From: Leucoraja erinacea
Lineage: Eukaryota
Direction: 5' to 3'
DNA length: 64,000 nucleotides
NCBI RefSeq assembly: GCF_028641065.1
Contig: NC_073404.1
Location: forward strand, 14,136,001-14,200,000
Program-made: the position numbers and the translations under genes
Notes under the pieces: model-generated
Database searches by the model: none
Seen by the model: only the letters and a program-made list of their open reading frames with translations
What the model was told of the DNA's origin: nothing
Part shown: piece by piece, positions 38,080 to 51,844 of the stretch
Layout: the number at the start of each line of letters is the position of its first letter
How positions within the stretch are numbered: position 1 is the first letter of the stretch

Positions 38080-38700
38080 CGGCGACATCCCTTCCTAGGG
38101 CCTCATCCCCGGGACCCCAACCCGCGTTGCCAGGGACGACCCCCGACCCCACGTTGCTAGGGACGACCCGATCCTGACCCCATGTTGCCAGGACACCACG
38201 ACCATTCTCGGTCACGCACCTACGAAAGCCTCCGCCGGCTCCAACAGCAGGAGCGAGAGAGCGGACAGGACAGCGCTGAGGCCGCGCATGGTGCCGGCAC
38301 AGGCCCGGTCGGCAGCCTCGGGCCCTCGCCTGACGTGCAGCTAGCTGCGGGTTGGTCTTGCTATAAGATCTTTGGGTTGGTCCGCGAGGAAACGGAGAGG
38401 AAACGAGCCCTGGGAGAGGCTGGTCGATGGAAGAGGCGGGAGGGATGGGAGGGGCAAAGGGTGGACGAGAGCAAAGATCATAGAGTGGAGCAAAGATCCT
38501 ATAGCGTTTAGCAGAGCTAAGGATCTTTGGTGTGATCCGTGTTGAACAATATGTGTGTGACATAGCTCGTCTATCATATCAGCAAAGATCATAGAGCGGA
38601 GCAAGATCACTTCTGCGCAATCCAATGTACTGAGGTGTAGCACGTAACGGAGCGTCGCGGCCGCCATCTTGGAATGGTCAACCCGAGTCCCGTTAAATAT
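38080..38700. promoter_or_regulatory. CpG-rich promoter region of the SUMF2 copy
   Basis: High CpG density around exon 1; Kozak-like GGCACCATGC; YY1-like GCCGCCATCTT at about 38660. Confidence 0.55.
38220..38289 (-). CDS. SUMF2: SUMF2 exon 1 (signal peptide)
   Basis: MRGLSAVLSALSLLLLEPAEAFV-G, then a GTGCGT donor; good Kozak context. Confidence 0.7.
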
Positions 38701-39651
38701 ATGTATAAATATATATATGTGTAAGTGTGTGTTTGTGTGAGAGAGAGGCAAGTTAGAGAAATAGATCGCAAAGTTCCTTCTCATAGATCAGAAGCAAATT
38801 TGATTTAAAGCAACACTATTTCTCTTTATCTTAGTTTCAGATGATGTATATAAACAATAAAGGCAATTATATTTATAAATTAATACATATAAATATATTA
38901 ATTCATATATATAAATATTAATTCAGATATATATATAAATATGTCAATTCACACACACATATTATGAATTAATCTTTTTGCAAAACTGCACACAAAAATG
39001 TGACATCAGGGGTCAAATTTCAAATTCCTTAAAAAAAGTTGACAAACACTTTATTGGGCTCATGACTAACATAGTATCAACAACAAATATAAGAAAAGAT
39101 AACACATTGATAGCAAGTTTCCGAAAATGGCATCAGAATACACAAATTCATTTTGTGTAACGGTTGTCGCCTGGTGTCCACCAGTCACCTGGTTGGCACA
39201 GTAAGTGCACGTATTTCTCATTCCTTTCTATGTTTATGAATACCACATGGAACAATAAAATTGCAAACACCATTTCCACTTCATTCATCTGATCATGTAG
39301 TGGAATACTGCATCCATCCGAGTGGACACCGCTACGTACATTGCACATCATACACACTTGTACGTTGCGGTGGACACTAAAAAAAAACACCGTCCGTTTT
39401 GGTTTCCCAGAAAACGAGCGCTACATTATTAGTGAAAACCAAGCATTTTCTCCGATGTGAACATTACCTTATTGATTTCAGTGACATAGATGACAAATGC
39501 TTGATTTGGGCTTTTTTTAATTGTAGATGAAATGTCTCCATCATGGTCATCGTGAAGGTTCCCAAAGTTCACGTGACGGAATGAAGTTAGCAATTTTTTC
39601 TGTGCAGAAGGTAAGCAAGAGGCAGTGTGTTGCCAAATTGAAACTTGGCTC

Positions 39652-39788
39652 NNNNNNNNNNNNNNNNNNNNNNNNNNNNNNNNNNNNNNNNNNNNNNNNN
39701 NNNNNNNNNNNNNNNNNNNNNNNNNNNNNNNNNNNNNNNNNNNNNNNNNNNNNNNNNNNNNNNNNNNNNNNNNNNNNNNNNNNNNNNN
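39652..39788. other. Assembly gap (N run)
   Basis: N bases. Confidence 1.
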
Positions 39789-41748
39789 TACCTATCCATC
39801 TACCTATCTATAGATCTATAAATGAAATCCTAATATTGTGAATAAAATATCCATGAACACATGTCAAGATTTTTCCCATTCTATATTAGTGCATACATAC
39901 CTACATATTTAAATTCAGCCGATAAGTTAGTCAAATAACATACTTTTGCTTTTTTTGAGGCATAACGACACATTTGTGTATCAGCAATATATTGCATGAA
40001 CGACTGCAATTTCAAATAATTTTAAATTGAAATTCATGAACAAAGAAAACACTTTTTATTTTCGTCATTCATGGTAATATTTACATAATTTTGTGCATAA
40101 GATATACAATGTTGCAGTGTTTCGCATATCAGCTAACCAATCAGCTGAGTGATCTAAAATTCAATGTATTTCAAACAATGATAGCCCCACCCTTGCTGAT
40201 CCCAAAGGACAATATTTCCAAGTTATATACAATAATAAATAAAACGTCATTTGCACAATTTTGTGTAGGTAACGGGAGGTTCTCATTCTTCCTGTTGAGT
40301 GACCAATTCATGGTAATATTTACATAATTTACATAATATTAACCCGCCGAACCCAACGCTGGTTATTCAAATGTCGTTTTATATATGTTGAACAATTATT
40401 GTATTCCGCTCTAAATAAATAAATAAATAGATAAATAAATAAACAAACAGATAAATAAATAAATAGATAAATAAATAAATAGATAGATTAATAAAATGAC
40501 GCAAATAAAAAGTGTTTTCCTTGTTTATGAAGTTCAATTTAGAATTATTTGAAATTGCAGGTATTGGTGCAATATACTGCTCACCCACAAATGTGTCATT
40601 ATGAGAAGTCTCAAGAAAAAGCAAAAGCATGTTATTTGACCAACTAATCGGCTGAATATAAATATGTAGGTATGTACTCATTACATTATATTACACTAAT
40701 ATAGAAAGAAAGAATGGAAAAATATCTTGACGTGTTCATGGATATTTTATTCACAATATTATTATATTTTATTCACAATAATATTCACTGTATACATATG
40801 AAATACTATATATATATCCTAATATTCACAATATTAGGGTTTCATATATGTGTATATATATATATATTATTCACAATATTATAATTGCATATATGTGTGT
40901 ATATCTATATGTACATTTGAGAGAGAGAGCGAGACACACACACACACAGACAGAGAGAGAGACAGAGAGAGAGAAAGAAAAAGGTTGTTAAACAAATTAG
41001 AGGAAATCACAAGAAAGAAACTAGGGAAATATATATGTGCGTGGGTGTGTGTGTGTCTGTCTGTGTGTGTGTGCGTCTGTGTGTCTGTGTGTAAATATAT
41101 ATATACACACACACACACATCACATATCTATATATATGCTTTTGTTTTGGTCATCAAAATTGGTTGACAAGTATAGGTCTTTGAGATCTTGTCGACATCT
41201 GAAATGAGAGAAAATAGCACATAATCACTAAAAACAAGTGATTTTACTACATACCTGTAGAATGGATGATTTATCACTTAAGTGCAATTGTTTCCAGTTG
41301 TGGGGCGCGACCTGTATATTGAAAATGCATTTTGCCTCGAAAATGTCAATTTACCTTAAATGTAGAACATCTTATTAAAATTTTCTTTCATAGACCATTT
41401 AAGTATTTTCTTTCTATCCTCTTTTGGACCTAAGACACTAGCAGAGCTGCCAACTCTCACGCAGAGAGATGAGCCAGAGAGAGAGAGAGAGAGAGAGGCC
41501 GATAAGGCCGAGACAGGGGGCAGAGACAGAGGAGGAGGAAAGAGACAGAGAGAGGGAAGAGAGAGAGGGAGGGGGGCAGAGACAGAGAGGGCAGAGACAG
41601 AGAAAGGTCAGAGACAGCGAGAAAGGTCTGTGACAGCGAGAAAGGTCAGTGACAGAGAGAGGGTCAAGAGAGGGGCAGAGAGAGAGGGGCAGACAGAGAG
41701 GGACAGAGAAAGAAGGGGGCACAGAGAGAGAGGTGCAGAGAGATGGGG

Positions 41749-41787
<39 letters not shown>

Positions 41788-42014
41788 GAAAGAGAAAAAA
41801 GATGGGGAGATGGAGATAAAGAGAGAGAGAGAAGGAGGGAAGGAGAAAGGGGGAGGGAGAGAGAGAGAGGGAGAGAGGATGCCATCACTGTATTCAGTTG
41901 TGGTTGTTCACTCTGCATTGTAGGTGAGATGGAAGGTATCAGTATTATTCCACAGACCAGAAACATCATTTTTCCAATATACAAGGAATTCCATCCAGAT
42001 CTTTGCAGGTGTCC

Positions 42015-44740
42015 AATTCCTAGCCTTTTCCTCGCCAACGTGCGCTCACTGTCAAACAAAATGGACAAACTATGGCTAAGGATCACCTCCCACAACTGGA
42101 TCAAAGACTGCAGCATCCTGATCTTCACGGAAACTTGGCTCAACACCGACGTTCCCGACAGCGCCATCCAGCTAACGGGGCGTCATTTACTCCAAGCGGA
42201 CAGGACATCAGACTCCGGTAAGACCAGAGGTGGGGGTCTGTGCATTTATGTAAATAAAGCATGGTACACGGACTCCACCTTCATCGAGAGTCACTGCTCA
42301 GCTAACCTTGAGTTCCTCTTGGTTAGATGCAGACCGTTCTATCTGCCCAGAGAGTTCACCTCCACTGTTGTGACTGCAGCCTATATCCCTCCTGATGCTA
42401 ATGCCAAGCTTGCAATGAAAGAGCTGCATACTTCCATTAGCAATCAACAGACGCACAGCCCTGAGGCAGCCTTCATTGTTGCGGGTGACTTCAATCACTC
42501 TAACCTGAAGACTGTATTCCCCAAATTCCACCAACATGTCTCCTTCCCCACTAGAGTAGACAAGACACTGGACAAAGGCTGAAGACAACATGGCTGAAGC
42601 TTACAAAGCCATCCCCCGCCCCCACCTTGGTAAGTCTGATCACGTCTCATTGTTCCTGCACCCTAAGTACTCCCCACTCATCAGACGGGTTAAACCAACT
42701 GTGAGGACAGTTAAAGTCTGGTCAGAGGAAGCGGACTTCACACTTCAGCAGTGTTTTGGAAACACTGACTGGAAGGCGTTTGCAACCCAGGCCACCCTTG
42801 ACTCCCACACGGACATTGATTCCTACACATCCTCTATTCTGGACTTTATAAACTCCACCATCAATAGTGTCACCTCCCTCAAACAGGTGACCATATTCCC
42901 GAATCAGAAGCCATGGATGAACAGCGAGGTCAGGCTACTGCTGAAAGCATGGGACACCGCTTTCAGGTCAGGCGATGCTCGAGCCTACAGCTCATCCAGG
43001 GCAAACCCGAAGAGGGGCATCAGGAAGGCCAAGCACTGCCATAAGCTCAGGATTGAGGAGCACTTCAATAACAACTCCGACCCCCGACGCATGTGGCAAG
43101 GCATCCAGGCTATCACGGACTATAGACCCTCCAACACCACCCCCACATCCAGTGACGCCTCCTTCCTTGAGGAGCTTAATCACTTCTATGGCCGCTAAGA
43201 CAGGGACAATCTAGAGACAGCCATCAAGGCTGTGCTCCCTGCCGATCACCAACCCCTCACACTCACCCCCTATGACGTATACGTGGCACTGAGTAGGACT
43301 AATGCACGTAGGTCTGCTGGCCCTGACGGCATCCCCGAGCGCGTGCTCAGGGCCTGTGCTGCGCAGCTGACAGACGTCTGGACTGACATCTTCAACCTGT
43401 CACTTGCCCAAGCAGTTATCCCCATGTGCCTTACAAAACCACCTCCATCGTGCCAGTGCCAAAACACTCCACTGCGGCAAGCCTCAACGACTTCCGCCCC
43501 AGTTGAATTTACCCCATCATCACCAAGTCCTACGAGAGGATGTTCCTGGTACACCTCAAAAGCTGCCTACCCCCCACACTGGATCCCTATCAGTTTGCCT
43601 AACGCAAGAACAGGAGTACAGAGGATGCCATCTCAACGGCACTTCACTCCGCCCTCTCCCACCTCGACAACAGAGACACTTACGTAAGAATGCTGTTCAT
43701 CAATTACAGCTCAGCATTCAACACCATTATACCATCTAAACTGATCACCAAACTCGGTAACCTGGGCATCGGTCCTTCCCTCTGCAACTGGATACTGGAC
43801 TTTCTAACCAACAGACCACAGTCTGTTAGGTTAGACAAGCACACTTCTTCATCCCTCACCCTGAACACTGGCGTTCCACAGGGCTGTGTGCTGAGCCCCC
43901 TCCTCTACTCCCTCTTCACCTATGACCTGTACATGGTACTAACACCATCATCAAGTATGCAGATGATACAACGGTGATTGGCCTCATCAGCAACAACGAC
44001 GAGTCGGCCAACGGGGAGGAGGTCCAGAACTTAGCAGCATGGTGCGCTGACAACAACCTGGCCCTTAACTCCAAGAAGACCAAGGAGCTCATTGTAGACT
44101 TCAGGAAGTCCAGGGGCGGCACGCACACCCCCATCCAGATTAACGGGACGGAGGTGGAACATGTTTCTAGCTTCAGGTTCCTGGGTGTTAACATCGCCGA
44201 TGACCTCTCTTGGACCCGCAATACCTCAACTCTGATCAAGAAGGCTCACCAGCGTCTCTTCTTCCTGAGGAGACTGAAGAAGGTCCATCTGTCTCCTCAG
44301 ATCCTGGTGAACTTCTACCGCTGCATCATCGAGAGCATCCTTGCCAACTATATCACAGTATGGTATGGCAACTGCTCTGTCTCCGACCGGAAGGCCTTGC
44401 AGAGGGTGGTGAAAATTGCCCAACACATCACCGGTTCCTCGCTCCCCTCCATTGAGTCTGTCCAAAGCAAGCGTTGTCTGCTCCAGCAGGTCCAGGAACA
44501 GCTTCTTCCCGGCGGCTGTCACTCTACTCAACAACGTACCTCGGTGACTGCCAATCACCACCCCCCCCCCCCCCGGACACTCCTCCCACAGGAAAAATAC
44601 TATGTCTGTATATATGCTAATGTAAATATTTATTCAAATCATATGCTATGTCGCTCTTCCAGGGAGATGATAAATGCATTTTGTTGTCTCTGTACTATAC
44701 ACTGACAATGACAATTAAAGTTGAATCTGAATCTGAATCG
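42015..44740 (+). mobile_element. Near full-length Rex1/Babar-type LINE (APE endonuclease plus RT; frameshifted)
   Basis: FTETWL, GGGLCIYVN, VAGDFNH, LGKSDH (APE); [39 protein letters not shown] (RT); (CTGAAT)n tail at about 44722-44739. Confidence 0.93.
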
Positions 44741-45980
44741 AATGAGACAAAACATCCCGAAGGCCTAGTCATTGTAGCCAGCGACTTCAATCAAGCCAAC
44801 CTCAGGGGTGTACTACTAAAGTACTATTAGCATGTCTCTTCCACCAGGGCCAGAACATCTTTAACCACTGCTACACATCAATAAGAGAAATTTACCGCTC
44901 TGTTCGGCGGCCACATTTCATGAAATCTTATCACCTGGCCGTGCTTCCACTCTCTGCCTACAAACAAAAACCAAAAGAGGAGGATCCGGTGCAGTGAGTT
45001 GTTCAATGCTTGTCGGCGGACACAGATGACATCCTAGGCAACTGCTTTGAGTCAGTAGACTATTCCATCTTCAGGGATTCTGCAGACAACCTGAATTAGT
45101 ATACCACTACCATGATGGACTTCATCTGCAAGTGTGTAGAGGAGTGTGTGCCGACAAAGACAATCTGAGTGTTCCCCAACTGGAAACCATGGACGAGCCA
45201 TGAGATGCATTCACAGTCGAAGCCAGGTCCATTGCTGACAAGTCAAGCAATCCTGAGCAGTACAAGAAAGCTCGATATAATTTTCACTAAGTCATCAAGG
45301 ATGTCAAGAGACAATACCAGGACAAACTGAGTCCCAATATAATAATTCAGATACCTGCAGAATGTGGCAAGGTCAGAATACCGAAACTAGCTACAGAGTT
45401 ACATCAGGCAACATCACTGGTGATACTGCGGCCCCCCCTGATGAACATAATGTTTTCTATGCTCCCTTTGAGCAGAAGGTCAACAGGGTGATGAGTGATG
45501 ACATCTATCCAATCAGACTCAACTATGCCTCTTCCCATGGTCAATGTTGTTGAAGTTAGCTTGGCCTTCCTGAGGGTGAAAGCAACTGGCTGTATCCTTA
45601 GAAACTGCGTGGTCCATATTTGGGAGTATTCTTGGATTTCTTTCATCTCTCCCTACTGCGTTCCCACCTGCTTCAGGAAGACCACTATCATCCCAATGAC
45701 AAAGAAAAGCAAGGTCTCATGCCTTAATGACCACCGTACAGCAGACATCCATCCATCCATGCTTTTGGTGGCTGGATCTGGAATGCATCCAGTCTACCAA
45801 TCAGCATTGACCCACTGCAGTTCGCCTACTGCTGCAACAGGTCCATGGCTGATGCCATCTCCCTGATGCTACACTCATCCCTGGAACACCTGGATAAGAG
45901 AGACACCTACGTCAGACTTCTATTCATAGACTACAGCTCTTTAATACCATTATCCTATCCAAGCTCAACACCAAACATGA
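44741..45980 (+). mobile_element. Older Rex1-like LINE remnant
   Basis: HPEGLVIVASDFNQANL...FRKTTIIPM.KK...LNDHR; homologous to 4090-5185. Confidence 0.7.
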
Positions 45981-46828
45981 TGTGATAGATAGATCAAATA
46001 ATTTATTATCAAGAAGCAACCTTGTAAAGTAGAAGTTTAACAGATAGCCCACAGAATTTTAAGCAAGAAACTGTTTGTGGGGGACTCTGGGGGAGAGTTA
46101 ATGGTGTCGAAACTGGCCTTATTGCCCGGGATGGTCAAATAAACAAGTCTAAATCAGTCATAGACCAGAGATTAAAAAGGAAGAAAACTGGGAGGCTGCT
46201 GGAATTTTGGCTGTTATGATTGTGTTTTTAATCAATCTGTTCCCTATTTCCCTTTTGCTCCACCTGATGTACTCGTATTTGGTATGATTTATCTGGATAG
46301 TATGTGAACAACATTTTTCACTCTATCTTGGTACACACTAATAATAAACAAATACCAATACAGAACAACTAGAAACTGCAACTCACCAATAAGTCACATT
46401 TGTAGAATGTTACCTCTACGCCTCTTCCTGTCCTCACAGACGTTTGTGAATTGCTAACTTCTTGATCCACGTTGATGGAGAATCATTTTGCCCAAATGTC
46501 ACATTTGTGTTGGAGCCTGCAAAAGACAATCCCTGTAACAATGGCTGACAATTCTTGAAGAAAATGATCAGAATGGTCAATCAGCTCTCTCCTTGCAATT
46601 ATTTAAATGTACTTACCGTCTCAGTACTGCAGTTGTTCCTTCATTGGCAACCACGCCTTTAGCTGCACAGGTCACAGGCATTGGAATGCACCTCCATCAG
46701 TCCAAAGAGAAGCAGGGGTGGGGGGGGAAGAGAAGTGGGAAGTGGGAAGGTAGCAAGGAAAATAGTTTGTTATATTCGTTCCAGTTCTGTTGATCCGAGC
46801 AGTAGAAGTTTTAATTTAGGCAGGACAT

Positions 46829-49800
46829 TTATAAGGAGAGGGAGCTGGAGTGAGTATTGTCAGGGGAATGGGTAGATAATGTGGTGACAGGTAAATAGAG
46901 CAGTTGAGAGGAAAGAGTTTGAAATGGAGCACCAGAGTTTTCATTAAGGTAAGAGAAAGTGGGCAAGGGGGCACTTTGAGGGCGGTTGGGCAAAGTAGGA
47001 ACAAAAGTGACAGGTAGTGGAACAACAGCATTGGAACGAGATAGGATGGATATAAAAGTCGTAGATGTGGTGTCTGCACACTTTGAACTGACGGATGGAC
47101 ATTCCACCAGATGACCTGGGATCACAGTGACTTCAGTGACTTCAGTCACTGTTTTACAAACTAAAAATAAAAACAAAGTGAACTAAATTAGTAATGCTGA
47201 TGTTCAGACTTACAATGCAGCTGGAACCATAAGAAGTCTATAAGACCATAACACCTAGGAGCAGAAATAGACCATTCGGCCCATCAAGTTAACTCCATCA
47301 TTCAATCATAACTGATCTGTTTATCTTTCTCAACCCCACTCTGCCTTGTGTCCCCAACCTTTGAAACCGTTACTAATCAAAAACCTATAAATCTCTGCTT
47401 TAAAAATACTTAATGTCTTGGCTTCCTCAGCGATCTGTAGCAATGAATTCCACAGATTCACCACCCTCTGGCTAAAGAAAATCAATATATTTTTCAAGTG
47501 CGAGTGTCCCTAATAGGATCTGCATTTATTGCCTATTTTCAATTGCCCTTGAGAAAGCAATGGGGGACTATCATCTTGAACCATCGCAGTTCATCTGGTA
47601 AAGATCCTCACACAGCAGTGTACATTGCTGGGACACTTCAGGATGTGAATTTGCTGCGGCCTGATGCCAGGCAGTAGAAATCCTCCCTCAAGGAGGTTCA
47701 TTTAAATGCCACAATAAAACCAGAAAATGCTGGAAATACTCAGCCGATCAGGCTACATCTGTAGGAAGAGAAATAGAGTTGAGATTTTAGGTCAAAGACC
47801 CTTCATTGGAACTGGAAAGTAAAAGAAGTGTTATCAGTCTGCAAAGCTTCAATCTAAATTTATCAGGATTATTTAAGGGAACGGTGATTGCTATATTATA
47901 TTGTATTGCTATATCTATATAATTATAGATTGTGTATATTTCCATCACTGGTGAAATGGTTTATCTCATAGTGTTTTAATATCATACTGTATTTAAATAA
48001 TAGATTGGCCAATAGATTACGTTGTCTCAAATTCTTTTTACAAGGCGATCTTACCTCGATAGCTGGTTACCGAACAACAGGGCAGTAAAGTTTCTCCAAC
48101 ATCCTTTGTGAAAAGGATTCTTGTCACTTTTGTATGTTCTCAAAATCTGTCAGCAAGAAAATCATATTGATCAGTCAATGGACAATAGAGAATAGGTGCA
48201 GGGGTAGGCCATTTGCCCCTACACGCCAGCGCCACCATCCACTGTGATCATGGCTGATATAACCACACAATCCGTACCCAGTTCCTGCCTTCTCCCCATA
48301 CCCTTGACTCCGCTTTCTTTAAACAGCTTTATCTAACTCTCTTTGAAAGCATCCAGAGAATTGGCCTGATGCAGAGAATTCCACAGATTCACAGCTCTCT
48401 GGATGAAAACCACAGATGCACAACTCTCCGGGTGAAAATCAAGTAATATCAGCAAAGTATAAAATAAATATATTCAGTGGGGTGTTTCCAGTTGTTATTT
48501 CAGAGTTCCAGCACTGCAGTATTTTGATTTTCACACCAAGTGATGACTCCACTCCCTGTGGGACCAGCAGGAGTAGGGACTTTTCTTCCCCACTCTGCAC
48601 CCACAGCCCATCCCCCAGACACACATGGTAATTTATTGAAACACCCCAGATCCAAAAAGAACATCGTAACATTGCAGTTAATGACTTCAACAACTCAACT
48701 GATTTAAAATGGCGAACCTGTGCTTTATGGCAGGTAGCAAGACAAGACAAGGAATCACCACACCACTAAATCCAAAAGGTGATTCAGAAAAACTCCTTTG
48801 CCATAACAGCAGGTGGTATTTTGAACAATAATTAAGGCAAATGACACGAATAGCTTCAAGGGAAGCCAGAGAAATACACGAGTCATGGGATGAATAAATA
48901 AGGGTGGGGAGAGGCTCTTGTGAACCTACAACACAGACTAGGTTAAATCCCTGTTTCTGTGTTTAAATGAAGTGAAAATTAAATTTCAACTGTTATCTTT
49001 ACTTTTACCTGCTCATACGTGGTCAGTCCAGCTGCGATGAGGTAAGTGTGGAAAGCGAAAAAAGAAAGATAACGGTACAGAAGCAAGAAGCGAAATTGTA
49101 GCAAGAATAAAACTGCAAAACATTATTAAGGAAAATATCATTTCTTGCAATCAACATCAAAAGAGACAAGTAAATTGTTTAATGAATCTTCAGCCAAGAA
49201 ATTCTGCTAGAGATTTACCCCCTGGATTTTTACCTCAAAAATTTGTGCTGTGTTTCTTGAGTTATTAATTCAAATGTTCACAAAAAACGATCCAACTTTG
49301 CATTTAAAAAAACGCTTTGTTTTTTTCCGCTGATGACGTGACAATGGATTGGCCTGCCGTCTGCTCGCACTGCGATTGATGTCACCTCCCACCCCTCCCT
49401 CCTCCTCCCCCCCCGTTGTTCAAGATACCTGTCGACTGAAGACATTTGCCCGATCGCGCCCTCAACCCGGGCCCTCGAGCTTTGGTCGCCGCACGCTCAC
49501 GGCGTCGAGGAAAGAGATAAAAAAGATTTCCCCACTCCCACATAAATATAAATACTAAAGGGTCACTAAAAACACCACAAGTAAACACAGACCAAAATAG
49601 CAAAAGAAAAAAAAGACGAAGAGACAGGCATGTTGAGCGCGGTTGCCCTGTATGGTTGCCAGCATTGTAACCTAACATGTGAGGGCTGTCTTTAATCTGG
49701 GTGTTTATGGGGTGAAATGATGCAGGATCCATCACTGATACGTTAGGCTCAATAGGCTACTTCTGTACTGCTTAATTATCTGGAATGCTGGAGTCTAATT

Positions 49801-51135
49801 TATTAAGCACTTTGCAATGTGGGATATACTGTGCTAATAACTACAGACAACATAACTTTCTTTCAAATGCCGGTTAAAAGGATACGTGGTGATCTTGGAT
49901 AGAAATAGTGCATTGGGATTTTAACTAGAAAGATAGTGCAGAAGGAAAGCATGAGAAGAAAATAGACAGTTAAGGAAAAGAGTAAAGTGTAGAAAAAACG
50001 ATGATTTCTTTTCCCAATGCACTTTTTAAGAAAGAAACAGTGATGGTCAAGATCCTGTTGACAACACAGAATTGACAATTTCAGCACTCAGCAATTTTTT
50101 GTACATTATATAAACCCATTTCAATTGTTTTCTGAGCAGTTGTGTTAAAAATAATCTAAATTTTTCTGCCTTTTTCCCATTTTTATAGTCAGATCAGCTA
50201 CACTTTGATCATCCAACAGCTCAACCAGCACAATGCACCACAAAAAATCTCCCTGCTCATGACCTAAAAACGTAATTCGAATGAATTTGGAAAATTTGGA
50301 AAAGATTTAATAGGAATGTGGAGGGGCTTTTTATTTACACATAGAGTGGTGGGTATATGGAACAGGTGCCAAAGGCGGGTAGTTGAGGCAAATACTACAA
50401 CCACATTTGGACAGGTATATGGATAGAAAAGGTTTAGAGGGACATGGGTCACATGTGGGCAGTTGGGATTAGGGTAGATGGGGCCACCTTGGTGGGCACA
50501 AATTGGATCAAAAGGCCTGTGTGCATGATGTATGACTCTGACGAACAGAACACAACTGTGTGATTCTGGACCTGTGCTATCTCCAACTACTTCATCACAA
50601 CAACTCAGCATCGTTGGCTTGGCTAGCATGTATTGCTCATCTATAGTAACCTCAAACTGGCTGACATGGTCCAGGGATCCCATAATGGGCACGTGGAAAC
50701 ATTTACTTAACAAGGCCCTGTTCCGAACTGAGAGAAACGATCATGGTGTTATCTTCGGTCACTTTTTCAGGCCAAGTATTGCCCGAGGACATTTGTCTAT
50801 AACTGTTTGTGGCAGCCTTGTTACAGAAAAAACAGATGCCCAAAATATGCCCACGGACACGGTATATACTTTACCCCACTGCTCTCCTAGCAGGCACTCT
50901 GAACTGCAGTGACCTTTCATAACTCCGAACAATCAATCAAGGAGAAGTCCGCAAAGAACAATGGACAAAATTTGTTCTAGATTTTATACTCTCATACACA
51001 CATCGCAGCTGTAGCAGTGTCGACATTCTTGGGGGACGGTAGATTTTACAGATATGGCACCACTTGCTGGTAATATGGGGCCATTTATCATCACCTCTGG
51101 TGCATCCAGAACCCCACTGACGTCGACAGAATTCT
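46829..51135 (-). pseudogene. ZDHHC19-like copy 3 (exons 3-7; apparent frameshifts may be sequence errors)
   Basis: Exons at about 51135-50990, 50054-49886 (-1 nt), 49112-49009 (+1 nt), 48146-48055 and about 47160-46829; DHHC retained. Confidence 0.65.
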
Positions 51136-51744
51136 CTGAAACAAAAGGGAATTGAACAGTGAAGATGGGGGTTCATTAACTTGTGGTGACTTTTCACACA
51201 AAATACCTATACTGGGTAGGTCGTGGAAATGTCATTTACGGGGCATTTGTTAAAAACATGATCACCATGTATGTCTTCAAAGGCAGTTATGGAAAAGGAT
51301 AAAGTTTATCTTCAGGTTAAGCTAAAAGGAGAATATGATTCAATGTGGCAAGTAGTGATGCCCTAGCAAAAGTAGATTGGGAGCAGAATGTCCAGCGGGT
51401 TGTTGATTGAAACAATACTGACGCGGGGGTTTTTAAAAGCGATTTAGTGGTTAGGGACAGTTTCCTGTTTCAGTTCAACAAAAAATGTCTTGCACTACCA
51501 ATCTCAGTGAAAGGGGCGCCGTCGAATTGTAGTGCCTGCCAGAGCAGCTGTAGTCTTACAACCTTTTTACGTAGTTTAGTGAGGTACAGTGTTAGTTTTG
51601 GAGGGCTAATTTTCTATGTGGGGGAGCGGAGGGCAGGGAAGGGAAACTTTTTTTCTCAGTACTACCTGGTCGGAGATGCGACGTTTCTGAGCCGCACTTG
51701 CCCCATTAGCCGGCTACCACGGCCTTGGAGCGGCGTTCATGCTG

Positions 51745-51844
51745 NNNNNNNNNNNNNNNNNNNNNNNNNNNNNNNNNNNNNNNNNNNNNNNNNNNNNNNN
51801 NNNNNNNNNNNNNNNNNNNNNNNNNNNNNNNNNNNNNNNNNNNN
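51745..51844. other. Assembly gap (100 N, probably unsized)
   Basis: N bases. Confidence 1.

Larger units (their letters stand above)
28415..38289 (-). pseudogene. SUMF2: SUMF2 (inactive formylglycine-generating enzyme paralog), damaged/partial copy
   Basis: Exons 38289-38220 (signal peptide), 35196-35152 (contains TAG), 32796-32741, 30249-30165, 29961-29796 and 28601- (truncated after MGNTADSAS). Exons 2, 3 and 5 were not found. Confidence 0.85.
38530..51744. repeat. Segmental duplication unit, copy 3
   Basis: Collinear with 560-10960; ends at an N gap; indel noise rises towards the gap. Confidence 0.92.
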
